Source of the DNA: Balanoglossus misakiensis
Taxonomy: Eukaryota > Animalia > Hemichordata
Assembly: GCA_040954595.2 (NCBI GenBank)
Contig: CM082583.2
Span: 13,426,291-13,490,290 of the forward strand
Direction: 5' to 3'
DNA: 64,000 nt
In this document: in pieces, positions 11,701 to 26,889 of the stretch
How the letters are laid out: each line of letters begins with the position of its first letter
Numbering within the stretch: the first letter of the stretch is position 1
Translations under genes and position numbers: made by a program
The notes under the pieces: generated by a model
What the model saw: only the letters and a program-made list of their open reading frames with translations
Told to the model about the DNA's origin: nothing
Database searches by the model: none

Positions 11701-14700
11701 TAGTTGAACCACTGACCTGGAAAATTGTGAGGCAGCATCAGGAATGCTACTGTATATTTTCACACGCATTTCAGATCATTCAGCAGGATTTGTGAAATCA
11801 TATCACCAACTGTTTGTTGATTTAGAAATAATTCCCCATCCAACAAATTGGATAAATTTAACCAGATTATTATCCAAGAAGATTAAAGCTATATATGCCT
11901 ACATGTAGATCTAAAATATGAAAATATCTCCACAAAGTGAACATGAAAATGAAATTTGATTTTTTGAAGATCTTACAGGAGTTTTAAATTTATTCTTTAA
12001 TTCTAGTGATCAGAAGTTTGCATCTCACTGCTCATCTCTGAAATGTTGGCATCCTTCTATTGTTTTCACTGTGGGTTATTGTAATTCAGGAATACATGGA
12101 GGGAGGGGAAGGGCAAAAACCCAAGCTTGAATATGTTCTCCTGGCTGTACATAGTGACAGGGTAGGTAAAACACTGTACACGAATGCTGAAGAAAATTCT
12201 GTTCTCTGGTTTCTTCAGTTAAATGTGTAAATATTATTCCCCAAATCGTTGCTTAACTGCCATTTACTACACATTTGTCTTCTACAGCTTGTGTCTTGAG
12301 ACAATTTTGTTTGCAAAGCAAAGATTGTGTTTAAATCAAATTGTTTATCACTAGCACAAATGCACATGTTAAAGGTTGTAGTCTTTTTCGGAAAGTTCAA
12401 AGGCCTTCGCAAAGTTGCTTGGAACACATGTCATGTCTGTCATACAGACAAATAAACATATCCTGGCCACATGTTTGTCTGATGCCGGAGTAGGAGTAAA
12501 TAATGTCATGATTTTGAAAAAGCGTAATACACGAAGCCACACAGTGTGACTGCATTTTCATTGCTAACTTTACCACATTGGCTATCACATCTTATATGTG
12601 TAAATAGATTAACAACATACAGATAGATGCAAAAAAATTTTGAGACAAATATATTACCATGCAGGATGGTATGAAGGCAGTAAACTGTAATGTGCCAGTG
12701 ACTTGAAAGGGACCATTGAGCTCTATGGACAGAGAAAACCTCTGTGTGTGTGTGTATGTGTGTGTGTGAGCACTACAAAAGGTGTTTGAGTGGTTGAACT
12801 GAATGGCTGGATGTCTAACGGAAAACATGAATGGTAATTGTTGCAATGGAGTACTAGAAGATCCTAACCCAGGGACACTTAAACATTTTTACACTGGAAT
12901 GGAGTTAACATTACAACAATGCCACAGATGTTAACAGCAGATGTTATTAGACTAGTGGTAAGATCTGTCTGCTTTTCAGAGGCTTTTCAGTCCTAGTATC
13001 CTGGGTCATGATCGGCATGTAACAGCTGTTCAGGATAGTGGTCCACGTGAATATACCACTGTTCACTGTTCTCATTTGCAAGCAAAATGAGGGAAAGAAC
13101 CAGTGATGGTTCTAATGCAATTGATCCTCCAGCATAGCCGTACATGTACCAATAGCTTCAACTTTCCCCACATATGTGAAAGTGCAATTGTCATTGTGGT
13201 GAATTCAAACAGGGTTTTATGGCCGGTCTCCAGACAACTACTACTTGGAGAATTTACATGTAATGTCGTGAAAGCTCTGCTAGCTATGAACTAACATTCA
13301 AGATGTATGAGACTTGTTAAACTTCAGCCCACTGCATGTTGCATAGCTATGATGATGACAAAGAATCTCATGAGATCCTGATTTCAGATTCAGTGACAAA
13401 CATGACATTCATGGGGTAAATATGGACAGCAATCTCTAAAGCCACAAAATGACACTCAACCAAACCATAAAAAGCATGCATGAAATTTCATTCATAATGA
13501 CACTGAATACCAAACGCAGCAGTGGACACGTTTTGAATGACGAAACATCTCGTTAAATAAGTCGTGATCATGAAAATACTTGGTGATTTTATATGCCATA
13601 TTTATGACAGTTAACATTGCTTGACCAAAACAACATACTAGATTACAAACCACATACCAGCATTCTGTCAACTGTATGGCACTCTGACTGAATTCTTCAT
13701 GCTTTATGTTGGTCAATGATGGGATAAATAATATGGTTTCAACTTGAGTAATATGTATTTGAAGAGTTTTTATTGCTTTTTTTGCATTCCATATAAAATT
13801 TCCAACAACAAAAAACCAGTTGGACAGTGTATTACATTTAACTTAAGTTGTGAATCACCTGAAAATTGATGTGTACAATAAGATGTGAAGAGTTCCAAGC
13901 GAGCAATTCGCTATACTAACAAATCAACATGGCTATGAATATCGATAGCTTGGGGAAATGTTTTGGATCCAGCAATATTTCTTCTATCGGTATTTGCAAT
14001 TTTGAAAAGTGGTGTGGCATAAGACCTATTGGGTACAAACTCAATAAACTTGTACTGAATCATAGAAAGAGCTTGAGAAATTGCCAGCAATGCACAAGCC
14101 ATGGATCATGTCAGTACACATGGTAGAGTGGTTGTCACTAGGGGAAAGGTCATGTCAGGTACCCATGATGACATACCTGGGTTTCTGCTCATTAAAGCTA
14201 ATTTACAATCTGAGAGCAGACACCAAGATTAGGTGTGGTGTGACAACCTCTTGACAATATCAATAGATTTATGTTTTCCTCAACTAATTAGGAGAATGGC
14301 ATACATGGATACTCATGATACTATCATGTAGAGTCACAAAACATTTTCAAATCTGATGCCACTGTTTTTGATATGGAACAAATGGTCAAACGGAGAGATT
14401 TTTCAAGATCAATGGCTGATTGAAGAGTGTTCATAATATGGGTCCTTTTACTGTGATAGTCATTTTACACCTTGATAAGAAAAATACATAGTGTGCCAGG
14501 ATGCAGACAAATTTGTTGCCTAATATTGTTTTAAAACAGTTCTATTCAGAGCAAAGTGACTAATTCTTGCGGTCATTTCAACTTTAATGATAGCAGAAAA
14601 TGATATTGGTATTCTGGTCACGACTTACAAATGTACCTCATACAGTACAAACATCAACATGTGTTTTTGTGGTTCTGGGTAACAGGCAACATTGTCTGCA

Positions 14701-17700
14701 TATCTGAGTAATTTGACATGGCTTATACTGCTGACACATTTCCCAGTGCGAAACAGGGCAATGTTGCAAAAATCAATTCAGCTGCTATTTACACTAGGGA
14801 ATAATTATCTAACTCTCTAATTTGCGACCAAAAATAAATGAACCGTTGTGTTAAAAAATACCAAAAATTTACCGAAATGCGGTTCAGTGGTGTTTTATTT
14901 AATGTTGTTCAGATTGGAAAGTGTTGAAATGGCAGGAAGGCATGAAGCTGTATAATCTAGTCCTTACTTCTCGGTAAATTAAGCCTCCTGATATTTTGTC
15001 GGTCCTTGGTGTCATGAAACTAACAAAACTTTCTAATTAAAAAAGTCTATATGACAGGTTCAGTCAGACCTGTCTAATCCACTAATACACAAGGGATATT
15101 TCTTGGATTCATGCAGATACTTTGTAGGAAAAACAGAAAAGGGAAGAACATTGTACAGTTTTAACAAGGGCACTGTTCCACATTTATGTGAGGTTGTGAT
15201 GCGTCCTTTCTTCTTGTAGTAAGTTATCTATAATCCATTTGCATTCCTAGGACTTTTGAAATTTCCAGTTACATGTCTGTTTTCATTTTTTTCAATTTAG
15301 GACCACATACACATGTATATATATCCTTTGTAGGATATTATAAAGTAGACACACAAAAATCAATATATTACCAGATGATGATTTGCTGGCATGCCCTTAT
15401 TAGCATGTCAGCAGCCAATCAAAACTGATGATGCCAAAACCACCAATCTTGGAGATGGGGTAACTTTTTTTCTTGTTGAGATTACAAAAGTGAGGCTTGA
15501 AGCTATTTCTAAGTCAATTTATGGATCATATTTCATATTCTATTTTACGATATTTCCTGAAAACAGGACATGAATCACTGAAATGTGGCTAGGGAAGATA
15601 ACATAATATACTTCTATTTTTAAAACAGTTCATATTGCCTTCTGGCAATTTGTATTAAAACAGCTTCATTGGTTGGCTTTCAGAAAAAGCTTATTTATTT
15701 CTCAACAGAAACAGTGATTTGTCCAAGTGGAATCTATCAGTCGTTTTTTTGACACATCATTACTATTTACACTAATCATAACCCTACATCATTAAACTTT
15801 GTCAGTCTGCATTCCAACAGTAATAGTTCACTCCAAAATGTCCCTTACACACGGATTGGTCTAAAACGACATTGCAATGGATACATCACACACCTATGAA
15901 CAGATGATTTGTACTCTTTCAAAACAAAAGAGATTGTTTTTGTGCATGACTAGCTCAGAGACCCTTATCTTGCTCAGTTAGGAATGTTCATCTTGGAATT
16001 ATTCTCAAAAGTAAAATTTCCTGTCAGAACAAGTAAATCACAGACACTATGATGAGACATTAGACAAATGAACGGACAACTTGTCATCAAATACAAGAGA
16101 ATTATGGGTGTGTATAATATTTCATTCATTTGAAAGGACAGAGAGTATATGGTCAAGCATAAATAAGTTTGGTTGGAAGTAACTATTGATCAAAAGCTAC
16201 ATATGGGAATACTGTGTACTGACATACAGCTGGCATTATCACACAATACCAGAATATCAATGAAGATTGTTGTCATTGACTCATGTGTATTACTGGTCTT
16301 TATAAATGCATTTGCAGATAGAATGTTGTAAAAGAGCATGAAGTTATGAACGAAAGCAAATGCTTTGGATTTTTACAATCATAATACAAATCTTATCCTT
16401 CGCCTGACATAGCAAAACCTGCTGGACTCTCAAACTTAACAAGGTGTCATGAAGTCGACTCCACATCAAAACCCAGCAGACAGAACAAAAACAGTACACA
16501 GCCATCAAACCAACTATCAAACAGGACTTGATACGGGGAGGGTAAACAACAGCAAGGCCACAACACAAAAAACTTAAGAGCGAGCATGGAGACCAAGGAT
16601 AGCAGAGAACAGCAGGCTACCTACCATGGGCTACCCAGCCATGCTTACACTGGTCACATGTCCGTATATGCACTTTTCCCGGAGCAAAACATTCACATGT
16701 ACAATTTGGCAGTGTACAGCGGATCGCCTGCAATAAAGATAAAAATATATACATGTATATAAATAGTGATTGACAAAACTTGCTGGTTAAGACTTTAATA
16801 ACATTTACAGTCATTTTTTAAATAGTGAGAACACCTCATACCTCCTTAATATAAACAACAAAATGAATACCGTCTTTCTTGAAGTAGAAGTACTTTGCGT
16901 GATTACATGGAGTATCAACTGTCTCTATCATATCTGTATATTGAGAAAACTCTAAACCACACTTGTGTTGCATTTGCCTTTCCCCACCTATCAATTACAG
17001 CAAATAATCTACATTTAATGAAATAAAATAAACACTTTTATCTACATTTGACCTCAAAGAATGACCTTTCCAAACACATTCTCCTAACGGAGATATCTCC
17101 GCCTGTAAAACTCCTGATTGAATGTTTTTTTGTTTAATTTGCAGAGACGTTTAATGTAACCAATTCAGACATTTAGTTTTCCTTAACATTGAAATAGTGT
17201 GTCTTTAATGCTCTGGTCAATTAAAAGACATGTTCCCTTGGGTAAGGGCTTGCAGGAAATTTTAAAAGAAAAAAATGCTGTCAGTCTGTTGAATTTGACT
17301 ATATCCATCTTGTACTCATCTGACTGATCTTGGTCCTGTTGTAATGTGAGAATAACCATGACGACAACTGGAATGTCCTTTTGATGTTGATGTGAAAGTG
17401 GACCTTTCATTTTTCATGAAAAAAAGCAACAACTTTTTGAAGTGGGATTTAGGTCCATTGTAGCATTTGTGGCAGATATGGTAATTTACCATCAATTTTT
17501 GTGAACCAGACTCCTTGATCCTTCTGGCGTTGCAAATCTGGAATTGCCATTCTCTACCTCATCCATAGAAAACGGAACTGTTTGGGGAAAGATGCACTGC
17601 CATTTATACCACACAATCAGTCTCATACATTGATATCTGATATGACTTCGCCATTCTTGTGCCTCAAATGTCAAAGAATTTCCCTTTGGGAAGTAAAACA

Positions 17701-20700
17701 GAATCTTCACATGAATATTTTGAAAGATTTTACATTTATGTAAGAACATTTTTCTGGCTACAGATTACTGTGGTATCCAGTGTGCCCTTGGATGACCTTC
17801 AATTCAATACAGCAAAGTTAGTGTCCCAGAAAAACACAACCTGTTCACTTCTGTTAATGTACCATCTGTTCATTTGGTTTGATCAACCAGTGTATTAGCA
17901 GTAGAACCTGTGCCACTACAAAAGTACTAAGGGGAAGAGAGACTGGAACTAACACAATAATGGACGGGATAGTTATCTCTTGTGATAACTTGTTAAAATT
18001 AATGTTCACAGGTTTGTCATAAGGCCTTGGAAGGAAACATTTAGGGAGGGAGGGAGAGAGAGACAGACAAGGGGATAGAGAAAGGAGAGAGAGAGGGGGG
18101 GGGAAGGACAGAGGAGAGGAGAGAGAGATTGCATTTCTGAAAAGGATGGCTGAACCGAATGATAAGTGATCAGTTGCATAGAACTGTACCTGAGAGACTA
18201 GGCCAGCATAATGGACCAGTATTCTTTAATTCAAAATGGAAATCAGAGATAACATGTCCATTCCATTACAAATTACCCCAGAAACATCATCAGATGCTGA
18301 GAACAAAAATCCCTTTCTGTGACTATTAAAGTTTTAAATGCATTCCTTTGAGGAAGACAATGAAACTAATCTGGACGACTAAATGAAAGAAATCTTTGTC
18401 TCAACTTTGACTGGTGGAACCAATCACACTTAATGTTGTATCTGTGAGGAGCAAAGAAACCTATTTCAGGATAGCTTGTTGTATGATTTGAGTTTCTGGT
18501 GGTGCAGCCCTTTATACATGGTACAAGAAAATTGATGTTTGTGTACATCTTGACTGCGATATAGTAGTCATTGTTCCTGATCTAGCCTGACAAAAACAAT
18601 ATATGCTTTATTATTACTATAAATTTTGAGAAAAAAATAACCAATTGTCTACATGTCCACAAGTGATGGTTTGTTAGGCAAGCTTACTTAACAGTGTTCA
18701 TGTGTGTATAAACTCATAAATATGAATAAATAAATATAAGTATGTAAGTTTTTTAAATATACTATACATGTCAGAGAAAACCACACACCATGTAGCTCTG
18801 TTTTGACTTCCTGTCATGCGGTCTTTTTTGACATATCATTTTATTCATTCTATTTTGAGACAAAAATGTGTGGGCAATGCTGTGACTTCACTGTTTATTT
18901 GCAAGGGATGGGTCACTTTGCAAAGGATATACATAGCAACTGAGATAATTGGGTGGACAGAATGACAAGAAAATTGTGTATTCTTTTTCCATTTGCATGT
19001 GATCCATGCTTCGAACATGCAAGTTTCACGAACAAACCTTACAAGGTTTGCATAGGCAGAAATGTCAAATCAGCTTTTTCATGAGAAATGAGCAAGTATG
19101 CTCCGCATGTTGAAAGAACAAGGGAGGAAAGTTTCTACTTGAAAAAGAAAATTGAATCTGAATCTGAATGACAACATTCCACAATTTCACACAATACAAT
19201 CAGTGTCGGCGTGCATTTCACTGTTTTAAGAAGCTACTCTGGTAATCTTCCAACGTCCATTTGAACTCTGAATTTTGATAATGTACCCTGAAGACAAAAC
19301 AACTTGAACACTCAAAGGCGTCAGAAGAAGAAAGCGAGAACTGAATGTTCAGACACACTTGAAACACAGCAGGTTTGCTCCAGACAACAGATTCTGTGTT
19401 TGTTTTAAACATAATTAGTATGTTTGGATCAAGGTTAATCATCTGCAACTGCCAAAAATGAGAGTATAAGGGGAATGAAATCACAGCCAGAAAGGGCCAT
19501 GCTTTGTCTTTCACAGGGATAGCTTGGGAGTCTCCAAAGATGCCATTAAATACATTGATTTATATCCTCAACACAAACTTCAAACATAACAATCTTAACA
19601 ATAAAGCACTGAAAAAACAAATATGTATCCTCAATGTCAACATCGGGTCTTCTAAGAGCTAGGGGTTGAATGCCTACAGATGACACCACCTGACAATTGA
19701 GGGCTGCAAGAGTTACCCTATCCTCACATCTTTTGACATAACGATGTGACACTATGTGTGTGTGAACGGTGAAAATTCTCAGGGCGTAGACAGTGAATGA
19801 TGGAATTTCAAAATGCGGTGGGTGGTCTCCTCATTGAAACCGATAGTCCCTGAACCACCAAGAGTCAAAAATTTTCAATTTGTATCGGCTGGTCTTCTTT
19901 TGGCAAATACACTGAAAGCCCCTGGGGTGTTGGTGGCACGACTGAACGTGTCTGCAGAGGAATGTTGATGAAAATGAAGATTTTGACAAAAATGCTCGAC
20001 CAGAGCAATGAAAATAATCAGAGCACTAAATAAGTTGGGACAAAAGACAAAGGCACATTAACTTCTTTGTGGGTGAAATGTATGTACACATATTTTGTAT
20101 TGTACCCACTGGATAACTTCTCAAAATTTAATGACAAGCAACAAGAAGATTTAAGAATGTTATTTTATTTTCATTTAAAGATCATATCTATCTTTTCTTC
20201 CTTCTTTTGGCCTATTTTTCCTTGTTTGATAAGCAGAGTTAATTGAGCAAAAGTTTTGATTGATATTTGAATCCATTGTCACAGGAAAGAATGTACTTTT
20301 TTTTATTTGTCAATGAAGAGGCCAGGACATAAGAGAGAAGCCAGCAATTGCTGGCAAAACTGGAAACCTCTTTGTAACTAACTCTGTACACAGACTGTGC
20401 AAGTCCGAAGTTGACTCAAGTGAGGAAATAAGTGCAATCAACTGTTGCATGAAACATTGGTGCCATGCTAGAGATCCTGGAGTGGAAAGCGAACAGCTTG
20501 ACTGGAATCAGATGCGATGCAAAGATGGTCCTTGCCTCCGTCAACAAGCATGACATCTCCACGGCAACCAATGAAACTCTACCATGACGACAAGCTGTGC
20601 CAAATCAGTGAGAGCATGCAAGAGAGCTGGTGTCATGATCTTATTTGATATGCCGTCAATATGGGAGCTCATAGTAATGGCCTATGGTGTAGTGTTACTC

Positions 20701-23700
20701 ACTGTTACACTTAACAGTCTCCTATTGAAGTTGTAGAACGGGGCAGAATTTCACCCATAAAGGGACTTTGTTTAAAATAGTACCAGCCATGGTAACACCA
20801 GCTATGTCAATGATATGACATGCATGTCTGTGTACGTGTGTGTAGCAAACTCATCCAACAGTCTCATGTGCTTTCAGCATCAACAAAAATATCGTAGCTA
20901 AAGACAAATTCTAAAGACAAAATCAGTAGCTAAAGACAAATTCTTTCATAATTATGAGACATACGACACTGACATAATGTTTCTTCATTTAATACTAGAA
21001 AAATGGAGTGAAGAATTCTGTCTTTACTGTGTATGAATAAAATACAGAACTGAGGTACAACAAAACAGAGGTAATGAAGTGACATGAAAAGAACAAATGC
21101 AGGCCTGGGAAAGTAATAAACAAATAATATGGTCAATTAGCCAGGATGGTAAAGTTTAATTAACTTTTTTCGATTCATTAAAGTTCACCATTTTGAATTT
21201 TAATGTTCTTCTACTTCCCCTGAAATACTCAGGCTACATTGGTGGGATCAGAAATGACCACGCTGATGTAGCCCAAGAATTGGTTAGTTTTGGAAGCAAA
21301 GTGAACACACACGGATAGATACTACACTACTTCTATTGTTACCACTGAAAGTTGGGCATCACCATTGATCTAAGGAGAGAAGAATTTCAAGATGTGAATT
21401 TTCCATTCCCATCTGCATCTGTTATTACTTTGATGTAATGAGTTGAAAATGCTGGCTGCAACATATACAAAGTTGAAAAAATCATGTGACCCTTGCTGAC
21501 CCTTGTCAGCATAATCAAAACATACTGGAAAGTTTCAATGAACTATGTAAACCATTATTAATAATCAGAATCAAGTAAACACTTCTCTTTTCTATAGTTT
21601 TTCACAATTTTTAGGAAGACATTCTTGATTCAAGCAAAGGAGAGAAAAAGAAGCTACAACTAATTAGTGTAAGAACTGGAAACCAATTTCTTCCGTGAAT
21701 GCAATGTTTAGTTTAAACCGAGGGCCACCGATAAAACAAACTATTATGGCCAACCAACCTCTCTGACCCTAAAATTCCTATGCATTTAATTGGATCTCAT
21801 TGTCTTACATGGCTGAGACATTCCAATATTTATTGAAATAGGGGTGTGCAGCTATTAAAGGTTTACATCTGTAAATATCCGGGTAAACCTGTTTAATTTT
21901 GGAAATGCTGTCATCTCTTGGAAAGCCTGACTCTCAATTCATTAAGTCTAAAATGACATGATATTCAGATTTTATTTGAATCAGTTTAACTTAAGGGCAG
22001 GAAAGCCATGGAAATCTACAAGAACAGGAGAAAGATGGTCCCCTATGGAACAATCCTAAGATTGATTTTCAGTATTAAGACTGCAAAGTTAAGAAGATAA
22101 AATCATCAGATCAAACCACGGTCAGGAATTAGGTGCGTATCCCCCGGGATCACCTTTTTTTACACTGATCGCTTGGATGCATTAAACAGGGCAAGACAAT
22201 GCAATTGTAAATACTAAGTGGTGAACCCTCTTACATTTTCACCCATCCATGATATTGGGCTGTATAGCTAAATGTGTTTAGTGGTATGTACAAGCAGCTT
22301 TACTACAACACAACTGTAAATACTGTGACATAAATACTGTCTTATAAGCACCTCTGATCTCGACAAGTTGTTCATATCTTGCATTCACAAACCATAATGG
22401 TGCTCACTCAATAATATTTGTACGAGAAATGAAGCGTTAGATTTGTTCAAATATTTTCTGTAAAAACTAATATGATAAACATCCATCTGTATTCATCATC
22501 ATATGAATGAGGTTTCTTGTTTGAAAGCTCTGTTTGGTTGAAACTTTCACTATTTTTTGTTCTGTGTATCTACCGTGGGTTCTTATCTGACTCCTTCAAT
22601 TGTGAAGAAAATGCGCAGTCACCGTACACTAAACCTTTTGGTCGTAGCATGGACAGTCTCTCTCTCCATTGTCTGTGGTTTTTAGGTCATTTTACTATTT
22701 ACAAACAACAAATGTTTGAACTTCTAAACCATAGTTTTCAATGTTTTATATTCATTTTGAGGAGAGGAGAAACATTTCCAATCCAGTAAAAGTCCACAAG
22801 TTTATTTATTTTCAGTCTCAGAAGACAAAAGCATTCTAGTTGGTAAATTTCTTGAAGTTTGGAAATAGAATTATTTCAAACTGAATAGCCCACTTTCTTC
22901 CAAACACATTCTATACTGTCCACAGCAGAAAAAAAAGAAAGTTAAAGGCAGGAAACAGAAACAGAAAGGATATGGAAAAAACATATCTGGATTCCACATT
23001 TCACTGATGCAAACAACAAAAATAATCCACTTCCTCCATTACTACTACCTTTTTGCCGACTGCAGTTTCATATTTATGACATTGCTTGACTCTCCACGGA
23101 TGCTAACACAACATACAAAGGAATTGTTGTGGATTTATTACTTCCAGGATAGAGAAGCCAAGAAAATATGGAAAGATGGTAGTCAGGGAAGAATATCCAC
23201 ACGGAAACAGTAGTCTGTTAAAATGATAAATTATAGTAATTTATGACTTCCCAATTATCAACTTGAAGGGCTATCTACTCCCCCTTTTCCGCAAACTCTT
23301 ATTTTTACTCACCTACCTTTTGATCTTCAACACCTCACTCTTTCACTCTCTCTGCTCAGTTTACATAATAAAAGACCCTATGTTTGCCACCGTAATGGCT
23401 TTATTGATTTGTTTGCTCTCTATGTTGTATAATATCAGTGGCCAAGGTTTGGTATTCAACTGACTGGCTTGTATCTCTCATAGGTTTCATCTCTTTCCTT
23501 TGAGGATTTCACAGCTAACAAAAGAGGTCGTCTCACACTGTCCTCCATATTATCCGGAGTCAGTGTCAACCAATGTCATTTTTTTGTTCGCCTCTCTAAC
23601 AATTAGCATTCAAAACTAAAAAAAAACAGCATGATGTGGTATCTGAAACAAATTTCCAAAATTACAAAACTATTTCTCCCAAAATCCCGGTACTACATGT

Positions 23701-26300
23701 ACAATAACATGTACTTTCTTTTCTGAAGACAGAAAATTGAGTGTCAGTTTTATCAGACTGCTGTCCATCTTGAGGGATTTGGAGTCGCATTCATTCTTCA
23801 TTTTGCTCTTATCAGCGGTCAGTGACTACAGTACGCCAGATATTTTACTGTCGCATGTGCCATGTGTCATTGCATTTTTTACTCCATAATTTCATCACAA
23901 TCTCTCCATGGTAACTTGTACCATTGGCAGACTGTTAGCAGCTTAAAGTATAGGCTCTCTAAATCGCTCATTCACACACAAAAATAACACATGTACATTG
24001 AATTACGCTGGAGCCTGGTCAAACACATGACTTGCACTGTCAGCCATCAATCTGTCATTTACACATTACTTTTTGTCATGGTGAACTACACACTGAGAAT
24101 ACACAAATTTGGGCACCATGAAGGGAAAAAACCAGATTTGAAAAGATGAACTTATGACTTGCATTGCTGGCAGAACATTCATGAAACCAAAAAGTGAGAA
24201 CAAAACTGGAGTGCCGAGGAAAAGAACACTTGGTAAGAATCTCCGAAAGAAAGTGAAAAGACTTACATTAAATGATGGCGTAGTGTAGGGACCTTGATAA
24301 ACACTGGTTGGGTACATGGCATTACAGTACTTGGTCCACTTGGAAGATAGTGAAAAAAAGAAAGACCAGCTATCTTCAACTGTGTATCAATGGCACCAGT
24401 GGAGGCTTGTGGTGGCAGAACAGCAGTGACAACAGAGGGATAGATGAGTGACAGCAGGAAAAAAATAATAGGAGTCTGGAAAATTCCAGGACTCTGAAGC
24501 ACTGGTGACTATGGTAGGCCGCTGTGTCTGAGTGAGTTCCGACACGATACGCTAAGCTATGCTGTTCTTAAGACTGAGTGATCCTGTGACACTAAGCACG
24601 AATCTGCTCACTGATTGGCAAGGCAGTGTAGTAATTGTCATGCAGTGTGCAGACACACATTTATGGTTCACACAGTTTAATGGTATATACAGGATTGGCT
24701 GTGATTAATAAATATGCCTGGGGCTAACAGTCATATGGATGTGACACAGTACATATCAACAGTCTGGATTCCTCTGTGTCATTTGGTAGTATGCCTGTGA
24801 CTTGAAACCCCAGTAATATCTACTTGGGATATCTAATTCACAAATGGATTTATAGCCTCCAGGCCTGTCACAAGGACTCTCGCACTGTCTGGCAACAAAA
24901 ATATTGCTATGCGACTAAAAGACCCAATACGTGCCTGGTGGCTAATGAAAAGTGTGGGAATCATCAGTGTTGATAAAATCCACTAGCAAAGCCATGTGTG
25001 ACCATTAAAACTCCCAGTTCTGAAGCAGCTTTTATTTTCTTAAAATGAAACCCAACTGTAGGTTGTCAGGAGACAGCTCAAGTCCCCAATTCCCCAAACA
25101 ACTCACAAATTTAGTCTAAGTGTCTGATTAGAGTCTCACATGAATGCATACATATAGAAATTCGATCAGCACCAAGGGGGCTTAGAGTCCATTAGTGGAT
25201 ATAATGAGTTGTGTGCGTACATGTGGCGGTAGCCTTTTATCTACGTCAATATAGAAGCGACATGTGTGTATGACATGCGCCAGATGCATTCAAAATGTCA
25301 CGCCAAGTCCCAATAGGCAGCAAAAGCTCCAATCCTGGCCACTTTCCCTATTCAAGATCAAGCCCAGAGTAACTACAAAGAGAACCGAGCTCCGGAACTT
25401 CCTCTAGGACGCGCTCGGGTGCAGTGATTTTCCAGCCAGATACCCCAAGTTGTTGATTTCACAATGACATCATGAAAAGTGACATTTGTCCTTGTGTCCA
25501 TTTCACCAAATACCGCTAGCCTCATTCACTCTTGGAAAGCATAAACACTCGCGATCAAAGACTCTCATGTATGATTTAAATATGCCACGCTAATTTTCCT
25601 CACACTGCACATTTTGCACTAAAACAAACCAAGCGTAATTTTCAGAAAGATATATGACGCGGGCTGGTTCTGGTAGCTGGTAAGCAGGGTCGCCTTGCAA
25701 GTAAATAATCGTGAACACACCTCTGCGTTGTTAAGTCTATGATACGTTCCAGCCTAGCACTTCACTAAATCATCGTATTTTCCATAGTATCCTTTCTACA
25801 CCGTAAAACTCGTAACCTGTCCTAAACCTCGTGCAATTACTACAGCGATCACCAGAGACATCGCCCATATTTTCAGCTGTTACACAGCAAGAAAAACGCA
25901 CCCACACGTGAAATTGGCGACGTAGTGCGGGCAGTGATTTCTCTGATCGCCGACAAGACAGAACCGGCCGCAAAAACCATGCGATCGGCGTTACGACCAA
26001 CGCGAATGAAGCCCCTGAGCTGTGGGCGTACAGACTAAGTACGTGCACACATCACAGGATACAGATACGTGCTTTTTAAGTTTAGCGTGCCTGCCAACGC
26101 GTACGCGTCGCCATGTAAACAAACACCTAAAACGAGAGTACACACGAAATCCTTGGACTACATCGATGGGATTCGGTGCACATATCTTTAAGACCATGTT
26201 GGATTAGTTAATCGTCTCAAACAACGAATAACCCGATGCGATTTCTCATAATGAATGACGCTGGCGGGAAATAAGTAAATGACCCACTTACCGCCGCCAT
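2763..26300 (-). CDS. BNC2: Basonuclin/disco-family zinc-finger transcription factor (BNC2-like), whole spliced CDS: join(26292-26300,16625-16727,8628-8863,2763-5729), about 1104 aa
   Basis: The exons join in phase (0,1,0) at canonical GT-AG sites. The protein has the basonuclin N-terminal motifs [31 protein letters not shown] and [45 protein letters not shown], then [24 protein letters not shown], and three paired C2H2 fingers. Orthology to BNC1 versus BNC2 cannot be resolved; it is probably a pro-orthologue of both. Confidence 0.93.
8628..8863 (-). CDS. BNC2: BNC2-like coding exon 3
   Basis: cctacag|CC TTG GAC...CAG|gtaagt; encodes (A)[10 protein letters not shown]...[11 protein letters not shown], a conserved basonuclin/disco-r N-terminal block. 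Confidence 0.93.
16625..16727 (-). CDS. BNC2: BNC2-like coding exon 2
   Basis: ttgcag|GCG...CAT G|gtaggt; encodes [34 protein letters not shown]. Confidence 0.93.
18043..18128. repeat. GA-rich low-complexity polypurine tract
   Basis: About 85 nt almost entirely G/A, including (GA)n and a G run. Confidence 0.8.
26292..26300 (-). CDS. BNC2: BNC2-like probable first coding exon (ATG GCG GCG)
   Basis: The minus strand reads aaacATGGCGGCG|gtaagt: good start context, perfect donor, phase 0 matching exon 2, inside the CpG-rich island. Confidence 0.7.
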
Positions 26301-26889
26301 GTTTGAATTGCAACCGTAAAGTGGGGAGATATTTTGCGACTTCAATTACTATCATTCGTCCTTGTGAACTTCTTGGCGTTTGCTGACGTCTATAGATAGA
26401 CTTGAAGTCGATCTCAATACTTAAAAAAATATTTTACCAAACGTTCACCCCTTTAAACAATCACAATATAGCAAACTGTACTTTTTAATAATTACGACTT
26501 TACCCTGGCGTATGCTAGGATTCCTGTTTTACGATATTGCGCGAGTTTTCAAAATAGCAACGACTGTAAACAAATCTAGGGCAACGCACAATATCAGTAT
26601 TTATTCAGCCGATTTCGATTTCTGGAGCGATCGGAGGGCAGTTTAACCATACCATGATAATACCAAGCAATTTCTGAGAAATCGGACCGAAACTTTTGTT
26701 GAAAACGCGTGTTTTACACCGCGTGAAGTTGACGAAGCTGGCAACCCTCATAGTGGACCATTGAAACGTTAAGTTGATCAAGTTCCAACTTGCTTCAGAT
26801 GCTCAGTTAAAAGCGTCTGCACAATTTAAGAAGTTGACGTTGATATACCATCATTAGCCTTGCGTGTGTTTTGAAAATATCCATTGAAG

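Noticed and set aside
20894-20944. Short local duplication GTAGCTAAAGACAAATTCT (a similar case lies at 53285-53321)
   Set aside because: Ordinary slippage duplications in introns.
25770-26207. ORFs in the CpG island as small genes
   Set aside because: They lie within BNC intron 1, show no recognisable homology and are expected in GC-richer sequence.
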